Shown here: piece after piece, positions 52,046-64,000 of the stretch
How positions within the stretch are numbered: position 1 is the stretch's first letter
Layout: every line of letters begins with the position of its first letter
Source: Octopus bimaculoides
Lineage: Eukaryota
Assembly (NCBI RefSeq): GCF_001194135.2
Contig: NC_068981.1
Span: 80,257,139-80,321,138, forward strand
DNA: 64,000 bases
Direction: 5' to 3'
The notes under the pieces: model-generated
Databases searched by the model: none
What the model saw: the letters and a program-made list of their open reading frames with translations, nothing else
What the model was told of the DNA's origin: nothing
Program-made: the position numbers and the translations under genes

Positions 52046-54869
52046 CAGTTAGTACAGCTCTCTCACCCCAGCTGTCATATATTGGATGTGCTGCTGGGTC
52101 AAAGGTCAGTGGACTGAGAGAGTGTCTGTGTTTGCTCGTGACGACAAAGACTACATAAAGCAATAATTGAAAGCATGATATATGTTAGCAGGCCATATTC
52201 ACACATGATTAAAGACTGGCTGTATACAAAATCATGGAAAAAAAAAAAATTTTTTATGGCTTTAATAGATAGGATGTAAACCATAATGTGAATTCTCCAG
52301 TTGAAACGGTGTGAGTTTAAACACCTTGCTTAGACATTGAAAGGTTTACTGCAGATATGAACTTATGAATGAATGTTTACTGCAATGTTTATTCAGCTAA
52401 TGTTTTACTTTAAATAAGTAGGAACATAGAAAATGAACTTGTTAATAAATGTTTTCAGTAAATTACCATATTATCTATCATATATTTTTGTTTGTTGATG
52501 TATTATATAATACAAATGCATCATTCTTTATAATTGCAATACGCTTGGGTTTTGCTTATAGTTGAGAATTTTAATTTTGACTTTAAACATTGAATTGTTA
52601 AGTAGCCTTTCTTTTGAGAAATGTCCTAACAAACTTCAAACTTCAGTTGAGTTCATATTTGGAGTCATTAGACACAAGAGCTTGAAAAAATGTATTATTC
52701 TGCTATAATATTCTTTTGTAGTCCACATCCACATGCATGTTGGCTCTTTCCCAAATATTTAGAAGAAAATGAGGCAATAAGAAAAATAATAAAATAAAGC
52801 TAAGGCAAAAAAATCTTGGAAAACTTTAGGCTGTGACAGGTTTAGATTTCTGTAATACTGTTTCTGGCCTTGAAAACCTTATTTCCATGATGCAATTATT
52901 TATTTTGCCAAAGGACATTATTTTTTAGAAAAGCCAAGTTAGTTATTGCAGATTTTATCAGTTGTATTGGAATGTAGTCTCACTGAATTTCTGTTTGATA
53001 AATTTGCTATTCACTCAGTTTTCATGCCAGTCTTCCAACCTCCTGTTTTTTTTTTTTTTAATTTTTTTTTTTTTTTAGTTGCTCTTCTTTTCTCTGGTCC
53101 CATCCCTCTCATCCTACTAACTGTTTATTTGTGTTGCTTCAGTTTGTTTATTCTTCCAATGCTGCTTATCACAAATATTCAAGTAGAAGTTTGAGAAAAC
53201 TTTATATTTTAAAAGTTATTTGATTTCTCCATGCAATCTGTTCATTTTTACAGCTCCAGATCATCACAACTATATTTGACATTATTGTTTATCTTTACCC
53301 TCTAATATAGTGAATGTTTTGGGTAATGGGTATATATTTAGCATAGTTAATTTTTAAATCAGATTTCATTGGGGTTTTTTTTTAATTTTTTGTTTGTTTT
53401 TTTTTAAGGTCTTTTTCCAGCTAGAATTAACATTTCCATGTGAATAATATCTCAGGGAAATATTGTCAATTACATCTCATATTTATTGATAAAAATGGTA
53501 CTTCTAAAATATTACTTTAGTTTTGGAATATCTTGTTATATAATGGTCATCTGTATAATAACTCTTCTTCATATTTAAGTTTTAGTCTTAATTTTTTTTG
53601 ATTCCCTATATATTTTATGTTTTCTTTTGTCCTTAGAATATTGTTTAATAGAGTAGAAAGAGTATTTCTATACATCTATTGTGACAGACTAATAGTTTAG
53701 AAAGTTTCTTGTTAGATATAAGCTATAACTTAGTTTGGCAAGATCCCTATATATTTAAATGTGGATTCAAACCCTTGTTCTGCATCACTCTAGTATTTTA
53801 CTGTTTTTTGTTGCTGTTTTTCATTTTAACTTAGAACCAATTTGAACAGAGTTTTAGAACTGTTACTTTAATTGGTATACTGAAGAAGTTTGGCTTTTAT
53901 TTTCATATTGTTACATTTGTTCCTTTAATCAATATAGTTTTGACAATATTTCATAATCTTACTAATGGTTTTTTAAATTGGTTTCATTATTAAACAATGC
54001 TAATTAATCAATTTCTGTTGTCATGAGATTGCTGAAATACTGTGTTAAATATGTATCATAATTGTAAACTAAATTATTTACATAGTTAATCATAGCCTTG
54101 TTTAATTGACCTTGTATTGGTCTCTTAATACTGACCAACCACAGATGTTTAATGTGAATGTCATTAATTTAATTAGCTTCAATACATGTTCAGTGTTTGA
54201 CTTTGAGAAAATGGAAGACTTTTATCTTGGTGGACGCTTGAACTCAGAACACAGAAGAATAACATTCAATACTTCAAGCTATTTAATTCAGAACATTCTC
54301 ACTTCAGTCTTGATTTTAATTAAATTTTATTGAGGATTTTTTTTTTCCTTTGCTGTTGATTTAGTCTGGAGGAAGGGATCTTTCCCATAGACTTTATAGG
54401 TTCTTCAGTCTTCCAGTTCCTTCCTCCACTGCTGAAAATGTATAATTTATAATGGTAGTATTTAGCAGTTATCACTACTACTGTTTATAACAACTGACTA
54501 CTGCTATTGTTTAGGTGTTCCAGTCACCTCTGCTATGGTAGACCTATTGCATGGATGTAATCAATCAGGCAAACACTTAAGAGATTTCCCTAATTATGAG
54601 CACATTGTCTTTAGTGTTAAAATGGCCCAACTTCACTGGACATTTGTCTTTAGTGTTGGAATGGCTCAACTTTACTGTATGTTTTCTGTAGAGTTATATT
54701 CAGTAAATAAATTAGTAAAACTGGCTATAAAACAATTAAATTCAGGTACAGATATGAGAAATATTTTATTTTGGATGGGTTTCAGTTATACATTTGTAAT
54801 TATGAAATATTGAAGCATACAAGAACTTGAAATTATAGACTGACATGTATTTACAGGACAAAGAATAAA

Positions 54870-55110
54870 ACCCCTTCTTGAGTTACATTGACTCATAAGG
54901 CCAGTTTCCCAGTTTCTGTGGCATATATATTCCCCCTTGAACGAGATTCTGGTCCAGCATAGGGTTACTCACATCAGCTGAGTGTATTGGAGCAACATAA
55001 AGTGAATTGTTTTGCTCAATAACATAATCCATTGCCCCCATCCAAGAATCAAAACCACAATCTTACAATCATGAGTCCAACACCTTAATCACTAAACAAT
55101 GCACATCCAC
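54870..55110 (-). mobile_element. SINE family D copy
   Basis: Aligns along its length with 7560-7790. Confidence 0.65.
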
Positions 55111-56214
55111 ATGTATTTACAGACAAGCATGTATCTAAAGAAAAGAATTATGTATTACAAAATTAGAAAGCTTACAAAATCATGAAGAAACAACAGATAA
55201 AGGACATAAGCTTTACACAGTTGCCAAACAAATATACAAACAGTCGACTCATGACAGAATGTCGATATTTTATTTGTGTTTCTTTCTTTGTATTCTTCTT
55301 AAAATCTTTTGTCACACAGCATCAGATGACTGTCATTTACTTTGTTTTGTTCCAATCAGGGAATCTCTATTGTTCCACTTTTCTTTCAGTAAGCACACAT
55401 TTTACTTTTCTTGAGCTCTGTCTAGTTGAAATTAGGTAATACATTCCCCATTTCATGGCTAAATTAGCAGCTTTAAGGAAAGACACCAAGCTGAAGAAAC
55501 ACTTTCTGATAAATATATTTTGAAGTTTATTAAACTTCTGTCCTACCCATACTAGCATGGTGAATAAATAAATTCAAAATGGTATCTCAAACAGGAACAT
55601 AAAATGGAAGACAAAATCATTTTACTTTCATGCTACCTTATTGTTAATATCTAAGTTGAGTTGTGTTCTAGAGCATAAAGTTTAAGTTCCTTGTTATTAG
55701 CCATGATAAGATCTCTAAAATAATAATTCAAATAAACTGGCTGCAGAATAAAAGTAGAAATTATTTTGAGAATGGTCTCTTGATTTAAGATTTGCAGTGA
55801 CTTTCATGGAATAGCATATCTCAAATTAGTGAGTAATATTCTTTTTATAGTCTGAGTTAGAACTTTATAACTCTAAGAAAGAATCTAATTCAAAATTGAA
55901 ACTTCACTTAAAAAAATTTCCCCCACCCTGTAGAACTTTAGAAGGAAGTCTGTGATTTACCAGGCAACAAATATCTAGTGTAGTTACTAAAAGGCTTTCA
56001 GTGTTAAAGTACCACTATAAAAATTTGATTGTGAAATATTTCTTAAGAATGTGGTTACATAGTAACACTATTAATCAACCATATAATGAGGATTTTTGTT
56101 CTTCTGTGAAATTGTCACCATATTGATGCAGTTTGACTACATATAAGATTAATCAGAAATGAAAATGACTTCAATTTTTTACACCATGATAATCTTAAAG
56201 CAGAAGAGACTAAT

Positions 56215-56438
56215 TTAACTCTTTTAGCATTTAAACCAGCCATATCCAGTTCAAATATTCTACCTGTTTTGTGTTCAAACTGGTCAGATCCAGCTTTTCA
56301 CACCTACTCTGTAATGTCATTCTGGGAATAGTCATATCATTGAAATCTCAAAACTACAAGATAATGTATGATTAATTCAAAGCAATGTGAATCAATAGGC
56401 ATTACATTTCACAGAGTAATCCGAATGCTAAATGGTTA
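56215..56438 (-). mobile_element. MITE family P1 copy
   Basis: ttaactcttttagcatttaaaccagcc...gagtaatccgaatgctaaatggtta. Confidence 0.75.
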
Positions 56439-57221
56439 TGAAATCTCATCAACAACTCATTCTTTTAGACTTAGATTTTAGATAAAGATGATCCACAGGG
56501 AAATTCTTAAAGCATTGTGGATTGGCTTACATAGTTGTGTAGGAGATAACCAGTAGTGCTATTAGATGATGTAAAGGATCCCAAAATAATCTATAATTAA
56601 ATAGGTTATTGATATAAAATATAAAGATATATATCTTTATATGGGAGACTGAATTAGCCTACCATGAGCTGTTCAAGCAGTCACCACTGGCAATGCCTAC
56701 AGTATAGGTGAAACTAGGCCTAGTCTGGTTGATCCTCGAGATTGTCATGGGGCAGTTACCTCCCCTGTCAGTATATGTTTATTTTTGCATTCCTCTTACA
56801 GCATTAAGAGTATTTTAACTCTTATTTCTAGTAATGTAACTGCTTAGGCACCCTTAGTTACATTTAATGATGATTGAATTTTTCCTTTTTGGTATCACAT
56901 TGCACCTGGCTGTTTATATTAATTTTTGTCTGTGTGTGTGAAATTAATAGAGATAGCAGCAGTATTAATACCAAAAGGTAATCTTGATCTCCAACTTAAT
57001 GTGAAGGTTGTGTTAGAAACACAGAATACTGCATTATTTACCTTGAGAGGATCTCACATAAGGACTCATGGGGCATAAAAGCACTCGTCATTATATTGTT
57101 GACAGATGTGAATAATCTGCTACAGCCAGCATTAGTTACTAATATTACTTTATAATCTGCCAACAGCTAGTTTTTGTGCATTTGTGTTCGTAGTTGCAAA
57201 TAAATTCAAAACATTTGTGTG

Positions 57222-57600
57222 TTAGATGTTGCTGTCATTCAAAAATCACAATGTTTGATGTTATCATTCTCAAGTCTGTATGTTAGATCTTGCTAACAGT
57301 CAATAAATTTGTATCTTAGATGTTACTAGCATCCAAAAGTCTGTACATTAGATGTTGTTAACATGCAATAGTCTTTATGTCAGATGTTGCTAATATTCAA
57401 CTGTGTGTATATTAGATGTTGTTATTGTGCAAAAGTCTGTATGATTAATGTTACTATCATTCGACAGTCTGTCTGTTAGCTGTTGCTAATATTCAAAAGT
57501 TTGTCGGCTGTTGCTAACATTAAAAAGTATTTGTGATAGATGTTGCTAACATTCAATAGTCTATATATATATCAGATGTTGCTACTATTCAATAAGTTGT
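57222..57600 (+). repeat. Degenerate minisatellite, about 31-32-nt unit (agatgttgctaacattcaaaagtctgtatgtt), roughly 12 copies
   Basis: Recurring gatgttg(c/t)ta and agtctgta at about 30-33 nt spacing. Confidence 0.8.
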
Positions 57601-58639
57601 GTCATATGTTGTTTTCATTTTATGTCTTTTATGTTGGATGTTAATATCCTTTCATAGTATATTATTTTGGGTGATGTTATCATTTGAATATTGACTGTTG
57701 CTAACATGGGTTGGGTGTTGCTATCACATTTATTAGCTTATAATATGTGTGTTGTTAAAATTCTGTAACTTATGCATTTGTATTGGCTGTTGATACTACT
57801 TGGTACTTTATATCTGTTACTGTATAGTTTTGATTTTTCTTATTATTTGATAATCTATATCTGCATATATAGTTGTAACTGACTACCTTCTATCAATGTT
57901 CCTTTGATGCTCAAATGTGTGCCTTGATAGTTAATGTCATTAATATTTTGTTACTGTGTTTAATATGTCATACCAAACATGTGATTAGTTGCTGTTATTG
58001 AATGGAAAATATTGTTTTTCTATTATTTTGCTTCAAATTCATTTTTGAGACTCAAATTAACTTCATAATTTTTTTCTAATTTCAATTTTGTTATTTTACT
58101 TTTCCTCTCATATATTTTTGTTTCTTCATTCTTTGTTTCTTAAATTGTTTGAAGGTGAGTTTTCACTAAAAATTTTCATGTTTGTATTAATTTTTAATTC
58201 GCGTGTGTGTGTGCTCATGTGCTAGTGTATGTATGCTTTCTTCAAAAAAAGGCCCTGTTCAAAACATTAGTGTTTATTTTGACTCATTGCACAAAAATAA
58301 ATAATTTTTTCGCTTATATAGCCATCATTAACCTACCATTCCTAATGAATATCTTTATACACATAAATACACAGATACATATATTTCATGTATGGCTCAG
58401 ATTCTGTGCTACTAATTATAGAATAATGTGTTCAAACATTCAAGGGACATAAATTTGCCAGATCCAATCTGCAAAACACCACCCACTTCTTTGTGATTGA
58501 AGAGAAAAAGCATCTAAAGTTTCTTGCATGCTTTCAACTTCATAAACCTGTGTAGGAGGTTAATTGACTCAACTCTAGCATATAGCTGGCTATAATTTCA
58601 TAACTCTCAGTTATTATTTAACGATTGTACGGAAGAGTA

Positions 58640-58885
58640 GATGTGACTGCATGGTAAGAAGTTTGCCTCCCAACCACATAGTTCTGGGTTCAGTCCCACT
58701 GCATGCCACCTTGGGCAAGTGTCTTCTGCTATAGCCTCTGGCTGACCAAAGCCTTGTGAGTGGATTTGGTAAACAGAACCTGAAAGAAGGCTGTCATGTG
58801 TACATGTGTTTCCCCCTCCTCCCTTGACAGTTAGTGTTAGTGTGTTTACACCCCTATGACATAGTGGTTCAGCAAAAGTGACAAA
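58640..58885 (+). mobile_element. SINE family A copy, sense orientation
   Basis: ggtaagaagtttgcctcccaaccacatagttctgggttcagtcccactgcatgccaccttgggcaagtgtcttctgctatagcc (B-box-like ggttcagtccc). Confidence 0.8.
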
Positions 58886-59180
58886 CTTTAAAAGAGATAA
58901 TGAATATTGGGGGTCAATTCATTAGATTCATATTGGGGTCAATTCATAAAATTCTTCTAGATGCAAGTCAATTTAATCTGGTAGCAAAGAATTCTGGGCT
59001 TCCTGTACCGAGGAATTCTTCAAAGGTGTTTTGAGCTACCACGTAGTTGTTGGAGAACATTTTGCAGGCATTTATTGAGCTGCTTGAAAAACTGATAGTT
59101 GGCTGTAAAAAGATCTGGAGAGTAAGCTGGCTGGGTTAATTTTTTGTAGTTCAAGTTCATTTGAGAAACACGTGATCTGG

Positions 59181-59530
59181 TATGAGATGGTATCAAAAAG
59201 TTCCCAGACTAGTTTTGTAGTGCACCAACAGATGGCAGCACATGGTTGCACATGTAATGAGAGCTAGCAGTGATTCTCAGGAAGCAGTGTGCCAAGTGAT
59301 GTTGCTGTGTTTACTTCACAAGTTGTGAAATTTGTGTTTTGGGGATTACATATATGCTGTAGTCTGCGATTTTGTCTTGGACAGGATCAAAGAGCCAACA
59401 AAATTCTGTATTAAACTTGAGAAATCTGCTACAGAAACATTAAGCATGCTTTGCTAAGCTTATGGTGACACGGGTACTTCAAAAGCAGAACATCCCTAGA
59501 AGACCTAAAACAAGTGTCACCCCGAAAATG
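59181..59530 (+). mobile_element. 5' fragment of the same mariner family
   Basis: TA-tgagatggtatcaaaaagttcccagactagt TIR, followed by KFCIKLEKSATETLSML..AYGD N-terminal transposase remnant. Confidence 0.85.
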
Positions 59531-60555
59531 TCAATTTAACTCTCCAATGTCAATCAACAGTTGGATGGTGAACATTTAGTTCTACAGCTGCAAAAGTTCC
59601 TTTGCTTAAGTCCACAGGTCATTTTCAATTGTAGGAAATCATTCACAAGCAATTTCTGCTACTTCACATTTCATTTTGAACTAAATAAAATTGTTCCAAC
59701 TTGCTTTTTTCTTCTTTTAACCATCTTTAATTTGACAGCCTAAAATAAACAAGAATAAACATTGACAGTAAATGTATTAGCATAAATCAATAAACTGAAC
59801 TCTGTTCTTCAAAATGTTTTTTTATTACATGTACACAAATAAAAAAAAAGTTTATTCCAAAATAAGCATCAAAGTTTAAAATAATGAAAGCCACAATTAC
59901 TTTTGCATTAATCTAATAATGATTTATAAAGCAAGAGATATTGTAAAGGTATATAATCAATTGAATTGACTGTCTATTTTATTGACCTCAGGAATATGAA
60001 AGACAAAGTGTTCTCAAAAGGGTATTTGATTTTAAAACATAGAATGATGAAAGTAAATGCTGTTAAGTTTTAAGACTGCTACTTCATCACTTATTCACTC
60101 AGTGTTATAAATATTGACTTAAGGAAAGTGATACAAAAACAGACCATTGTGACCATGATTCTCCAAAATCTTCACAATAATATTAATTATTATATACATT
60201 TAATAAGCTTGTAGTATATACTTTATAAAATTTTGTTGTTTTAATATGCTCATATACTACAGAGTGCCTCTAAGACTTTTAGCCTAACTCCAAGATTATG
60301 TGGGACAGCAGGATTGGACAAGGGTATTAGGAAACTTGAAATATTGATAGTCTACTTCCATTATTTCATATTTTCATTAACTAAAACTAATCAGCAAAAC
60401 TTTGTATTGCTATATAAACATAAAACCTACCAAACTACCAATTAGAAGAGAACTCCAATAGATCATTATTTTATTCACATTTCATCTCAACTGGTGGTCC
60501 AAAAAGACTACTAAATAATGGTATTTTAATGATGAGATTATTTTTTATGTTGCAG

Positions 60556-60584
60556 AAACAGTTGCAAATGAAACTGCTACATAG
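60556..60584 (+). CDS. Candidate terminal coding exon of the RhoGAP gene: (E)TVANETAT-stop
   Basis: Strong acceptor ttattttttatgttgcag|, phase-1 compatible with exon E. Too short to verify without transcript data. Confidence 0.25.
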
Positions 60585-60899
60585 ATTTTATTTCACTATT
60601 GAAATTTCTCTCCAGTTTTTTCAACATTGATTACACAAATTTTCCCCCACCTTATCTTGTCTTATTGCTTCACATTTTTTTTATATTTTACCTACTTTTC
60701 TGCTATTGTTAGTTATTTTATCAGTTAACAAGAATTATGCAATTTGTTATCTGTTTAATGTTATCTCTACTAAGGAACAAATACACAGAAAGTGAGTAAT
60801 CGAGGCATTGGTGGCTATAAATAGATGCTCTTTGAATTGATTCTCCAATCTCTGGTCCACTTCCCTATATACACCTCCCAGTAGTTTCTCATCTTCTCC

Positions 60900-61245
60900 A
60901 TTCTCTCTCCTTACTCTTCTCTCTCCTCACTCTTCTCTCTCTCACACTCTCTCACCTGAGGCAGCTCTGTTACTTCTCTACTGCAAGACACCTTTTACTG
61001 TCCCTCTGTACTACTCCCCACCTCAGTTGAGGGATATTGTCTTGCAAGCTACTTAGTGATCTCACTACTGTTGGAGCTATGTAAAAAGCACCCAATACAC
61101 TCCAATTAGGAGGGGCATTCAACTGTAGAAACCATAGCAAAGCAGATGGCAGAGCTTGGTGCAATTTTCTGACTTGCCAGTCCCTGTCGAACCATCCAAT
61201 GCATGGTATCATGGAAAACATACATTAAATATGATGATGATGATA
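60900..61245 (+). mobile_element. Family C retroposon
   Basis: CT-rich body, ...cagttgagggatattgtcttgcaag...gtaaaaagcaccc..., tail atgatgatgatg. Confidence 0.7.
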
Positions 61246-61445
61246 ACAATGATGACTACCAAGTTATGTGATATGAGTTATACCTGCAGTTATTGTTTTT
61301 TGTCGCTATGCAGGAATTTAGAGTCAAGCCACTTGTTTTGGTCACCTGTTGTTTTTAAAAGAATTAATATGAAATTCATTTGCAGTACAATGCTTCAGTA
61401 TGACCATGGTCCAGTGACTAAAACAAGTGAAAGATAAAAGTAGTC

Positions 61446-62352
61446 TACTATGTGGTATCAAAAGGTTCCCAGACTAGTTATGTTTAATAAAAAAATAACT
61501 TATTTACCTAAGTTTTAACATCATCTCCTTTGAAATAGTTACCTTGAGTAGCAATACACCAGTTCCAGTGTTCCTGCCACTTTGGGAATTCAGCCTGGAA
61601 GTCATTTTCCATAAGTGAGTCAAGAGCCTTCTGCGATTTGCTCCGGATCTCAACAATGGTGTTAAAACAGTGGCCTTTGAACTGCATTTCCATCTGGGGG
61701 GTGGGGGTGGAAGTCTGCAGGTGCTAAATCTGGCAAATAGGGCAGGTGTGGAAGCAGTTTGATGTTGTTTTTGGTGAGAAACTCAAGAGTGATAGAGAAC
61801 CTGGTGACAGGGTACATTGTCATTGTGAGGAATCCAATTCTTCATGCTCCACAGATCCGGTCACTTTCCCCAAATGTCCTCTCTCAAATGCTTCAAAACA
61901 TTGCAGTAGAACTCTTGATTGACGGTCTGGTCTTGAGGGATGAATTCATGATACACAATATCACATTTCCAGGGATGACACTCATGGCAGGTCTTCCAGG
62001 ATGTTCTTCCACTTTGGAAGCACCTGTGCCACTTGAGACATTGAATATGACCCATTGCCTTGTCACTGTAAGCTTGCTGAAACATGCTCAATATCTCTGT
62101 AGCAGACTTCCCAAATTTAACACAAAATTTTGCATTGGTTCTTTGTTCCTGTTCATGACAAAATCACAGACTACAGCATACACATGATCACAAAAACACA
62201 AATTTCACAACTTGCAAAATAAACACTGCAATTGTCACTCATCACACTGTCTTATGAAGGTCACTGCTAGCTCTCATTGTGCACACAACTGTGTGCTGCC
62301 ATCTGTTGATATGCTACAGAACTAGTTCAAGAACTTTTTGATACCACTGTAG
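61446..62352 (-). mobile_element. Internally deleted mariner element of the same family, with both TIRs
   Basis: TIR gtggtatcaaaaggttcccagactagt at 61452 and its inverted copy at about 62321-62350. Transposase remnants KFCVKFGKSATEILSMFQQAYSD, IVYHEFIPQDQTVNQEFYC and FKGHCFNT...QGNYFKGD. Confidence 0.9.
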
Positions 62353-64000
62353 TTCATGTAAATAGTATTTACATCAGTGCAACTATCAGATGCATACTTG
62401 TATGTACGAGGTGTAAAATGTTAAAAAATGAGAGAGAGAATTTTGCAAGTTAAAATGTATTTAATTTGTATATAATCAATGAATAATTGACATATTTACT
62501 AGTTAACAATCCTGATCCAGTTTCACTAATATGAATAAATCACAAGGTTTGCTCTATAAGTTTCATTTTACTTCTATTTTTCATTTACTGCTGTCACTGG
62601 AAAAAGAGAAAGTCTTTTTCATATCTTAAGTACACATATTTCAGACATATTCGTAGTATTGTTTTCATCAACTCTAAATGCAATTAATTTCATGATTTCT
62701 TCAATTATACCTTTATCACTTTAATCATCCAAACTATTTTTCCGTAAATAGATTAGTAGCAACCATCCTTCAACTAGCATGCACTCTATATCTTGCCTGT
62801 CTTGTAAATTGAGCTCCAAGAGTGTTGAGTGAGACATTCTTTGTCAAAGATTGCAGCCATGCATTGTCAGTTAAAAATATCCTTTGCTTAAAGTAAAACT
62901 TTCAACCAACCAATCCTATTTGGCCACTTGCAAAATGCATCTTAGGAAAGATCTCCCTCCCATCCCCCATCCTCCCCACTCTTTTTCATTACCTATCTTT
63001 TACAATTCTCATAATTTCCAACCTTGTACTGAATAACTTCTGTGAAAGACATTGTGCTAATCTCATTGGCATCTGTTATATCTGTACATTTGCTTTATTG
63101 TTGTATTTTATAAGTTCTTTCAAGAAGAAAACTCTTAGATTTTTTTAAATCAGATCAGATCATGCCTCTGTGATATTCAGATAATAATGAATAGTTTTTT
63201 GGGGCTTTTAAAATTTTTTATTATTATTATTATTATTATTTTTTTTTTTTTTTACATTACTGCTCTTCTACTGCACAAACTCAGTGTATTTGTGAAGTTC
63301 AAACAAAGCTGCAAACTGGCATTGACTCTGCTATCTTTATCCAAGAATCAGATATTTTACTGCCAGGCTATAAATATATATACTTCTTTTATCTTTTTTA
63401 CTTTATTATTCAGTTGTGTGTGTGTGTGTGTGTGTGTGTGCATGCTTGATTGGGTGCCTGCTGTGAATATCTGTGAAGCTTTTGCGTAGTCTATGTGCTA
63501 TCAATGTAAATTTGTGCACTCATACAAAGACATGCACACACATATACACATGTACATATATATTACTATGTTTGTAATGTGCTGTCAATTATATAGTAAT
63601 TATCTATATATTGTAAACATGCATGTTTTTTAGCATCATCTCTGTGCGTGTGTGTGAGAAAGAGAGCGTGAGACACAATTGTGTTGGTGTGTTATTGTCC
63701 TACATATTTCTTCAAGTTTACTTTGCTTTTCCATAAAGAAATCTATGTCTGGGTGTGTTCTCTTATGTAGCTACTGGGTTCATACCCTAATTGTTTCTCT
63801 AATACTGTCTTTACTGTAGTGTATATTTACATTAAATTGTGTGGGTGTATATGTGTGTGTGTGTCAACTGTGCAACATGGCACCCCAATTTGACAAATGT
63901 TTTTGATATTTGGGTGTGTGTCCCCAGTAAGTAATTGACATAAAAAAACAAAACAGAGAAAAACAAGAGTTGGGTCAGGAAGGAGTACAAGAGAATTAGT

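Noticed and set aside
54516-54813. Phase-1-compatible ORF GVPVTSAMVDLLHG... as a downstream exon
   Set aside because: Weak acceptor, internal degenerate duplication, no recognisable domain.
57222-57600. CRISPR-like periodic repeat
   Set aside because: Units are contiguous and degenerate with no unique spacers, there are no cas genes, and the DNA is eukaryotic.
58640-58720. tRNA-like A/B-box sequence
   Set aside because: It is the tRNA-derived head of a SINE. There is no complete cloverleaf and it continues into the SINE body.

Overview
AT-rich animal genomic DNA, not prokaryotic. The repeat families and the assembly gaps at (TA)n runs suggest an octopus genome; this is inferred, not verified. 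No long ORF in the supplied track is a real gene. The window is mostly intronic sequence of one plus-strand spliced gene encoding a divergent RhoGAP-domain protein. I reconstructed five coding exons by hand with matching GT-AG sites and codon phases: 12165-12228, 20964-21125, 26217-26326, 29621-29955 and 39960-40037. The N- and C-terminal exons were not securely located. The introns hold at least four SINE-like families, TTAA/piggyBac-type MITEs, three internally deleted mariner copies, R4/Dong-clade LINE fragments, CR1/L2- and Penelope-like relics, microsatellites and two N gaps. The most unusual observations are: a perfect 184-bp inverted repeat with a 14-nt loop in intron 4, plus other fold-back structures that could be ADAR substrates; two SINEs inserted in opposite orientation at the same AATATT site; an Rbfox-motif-flanked, frame-preserving 78-nt exon; a candidate recursive splice site at 58154/58155; and a RhoGAP domain that keeps its arginine finger but lacks other consensus residues. 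I found no well-supported, wholly new biological system.
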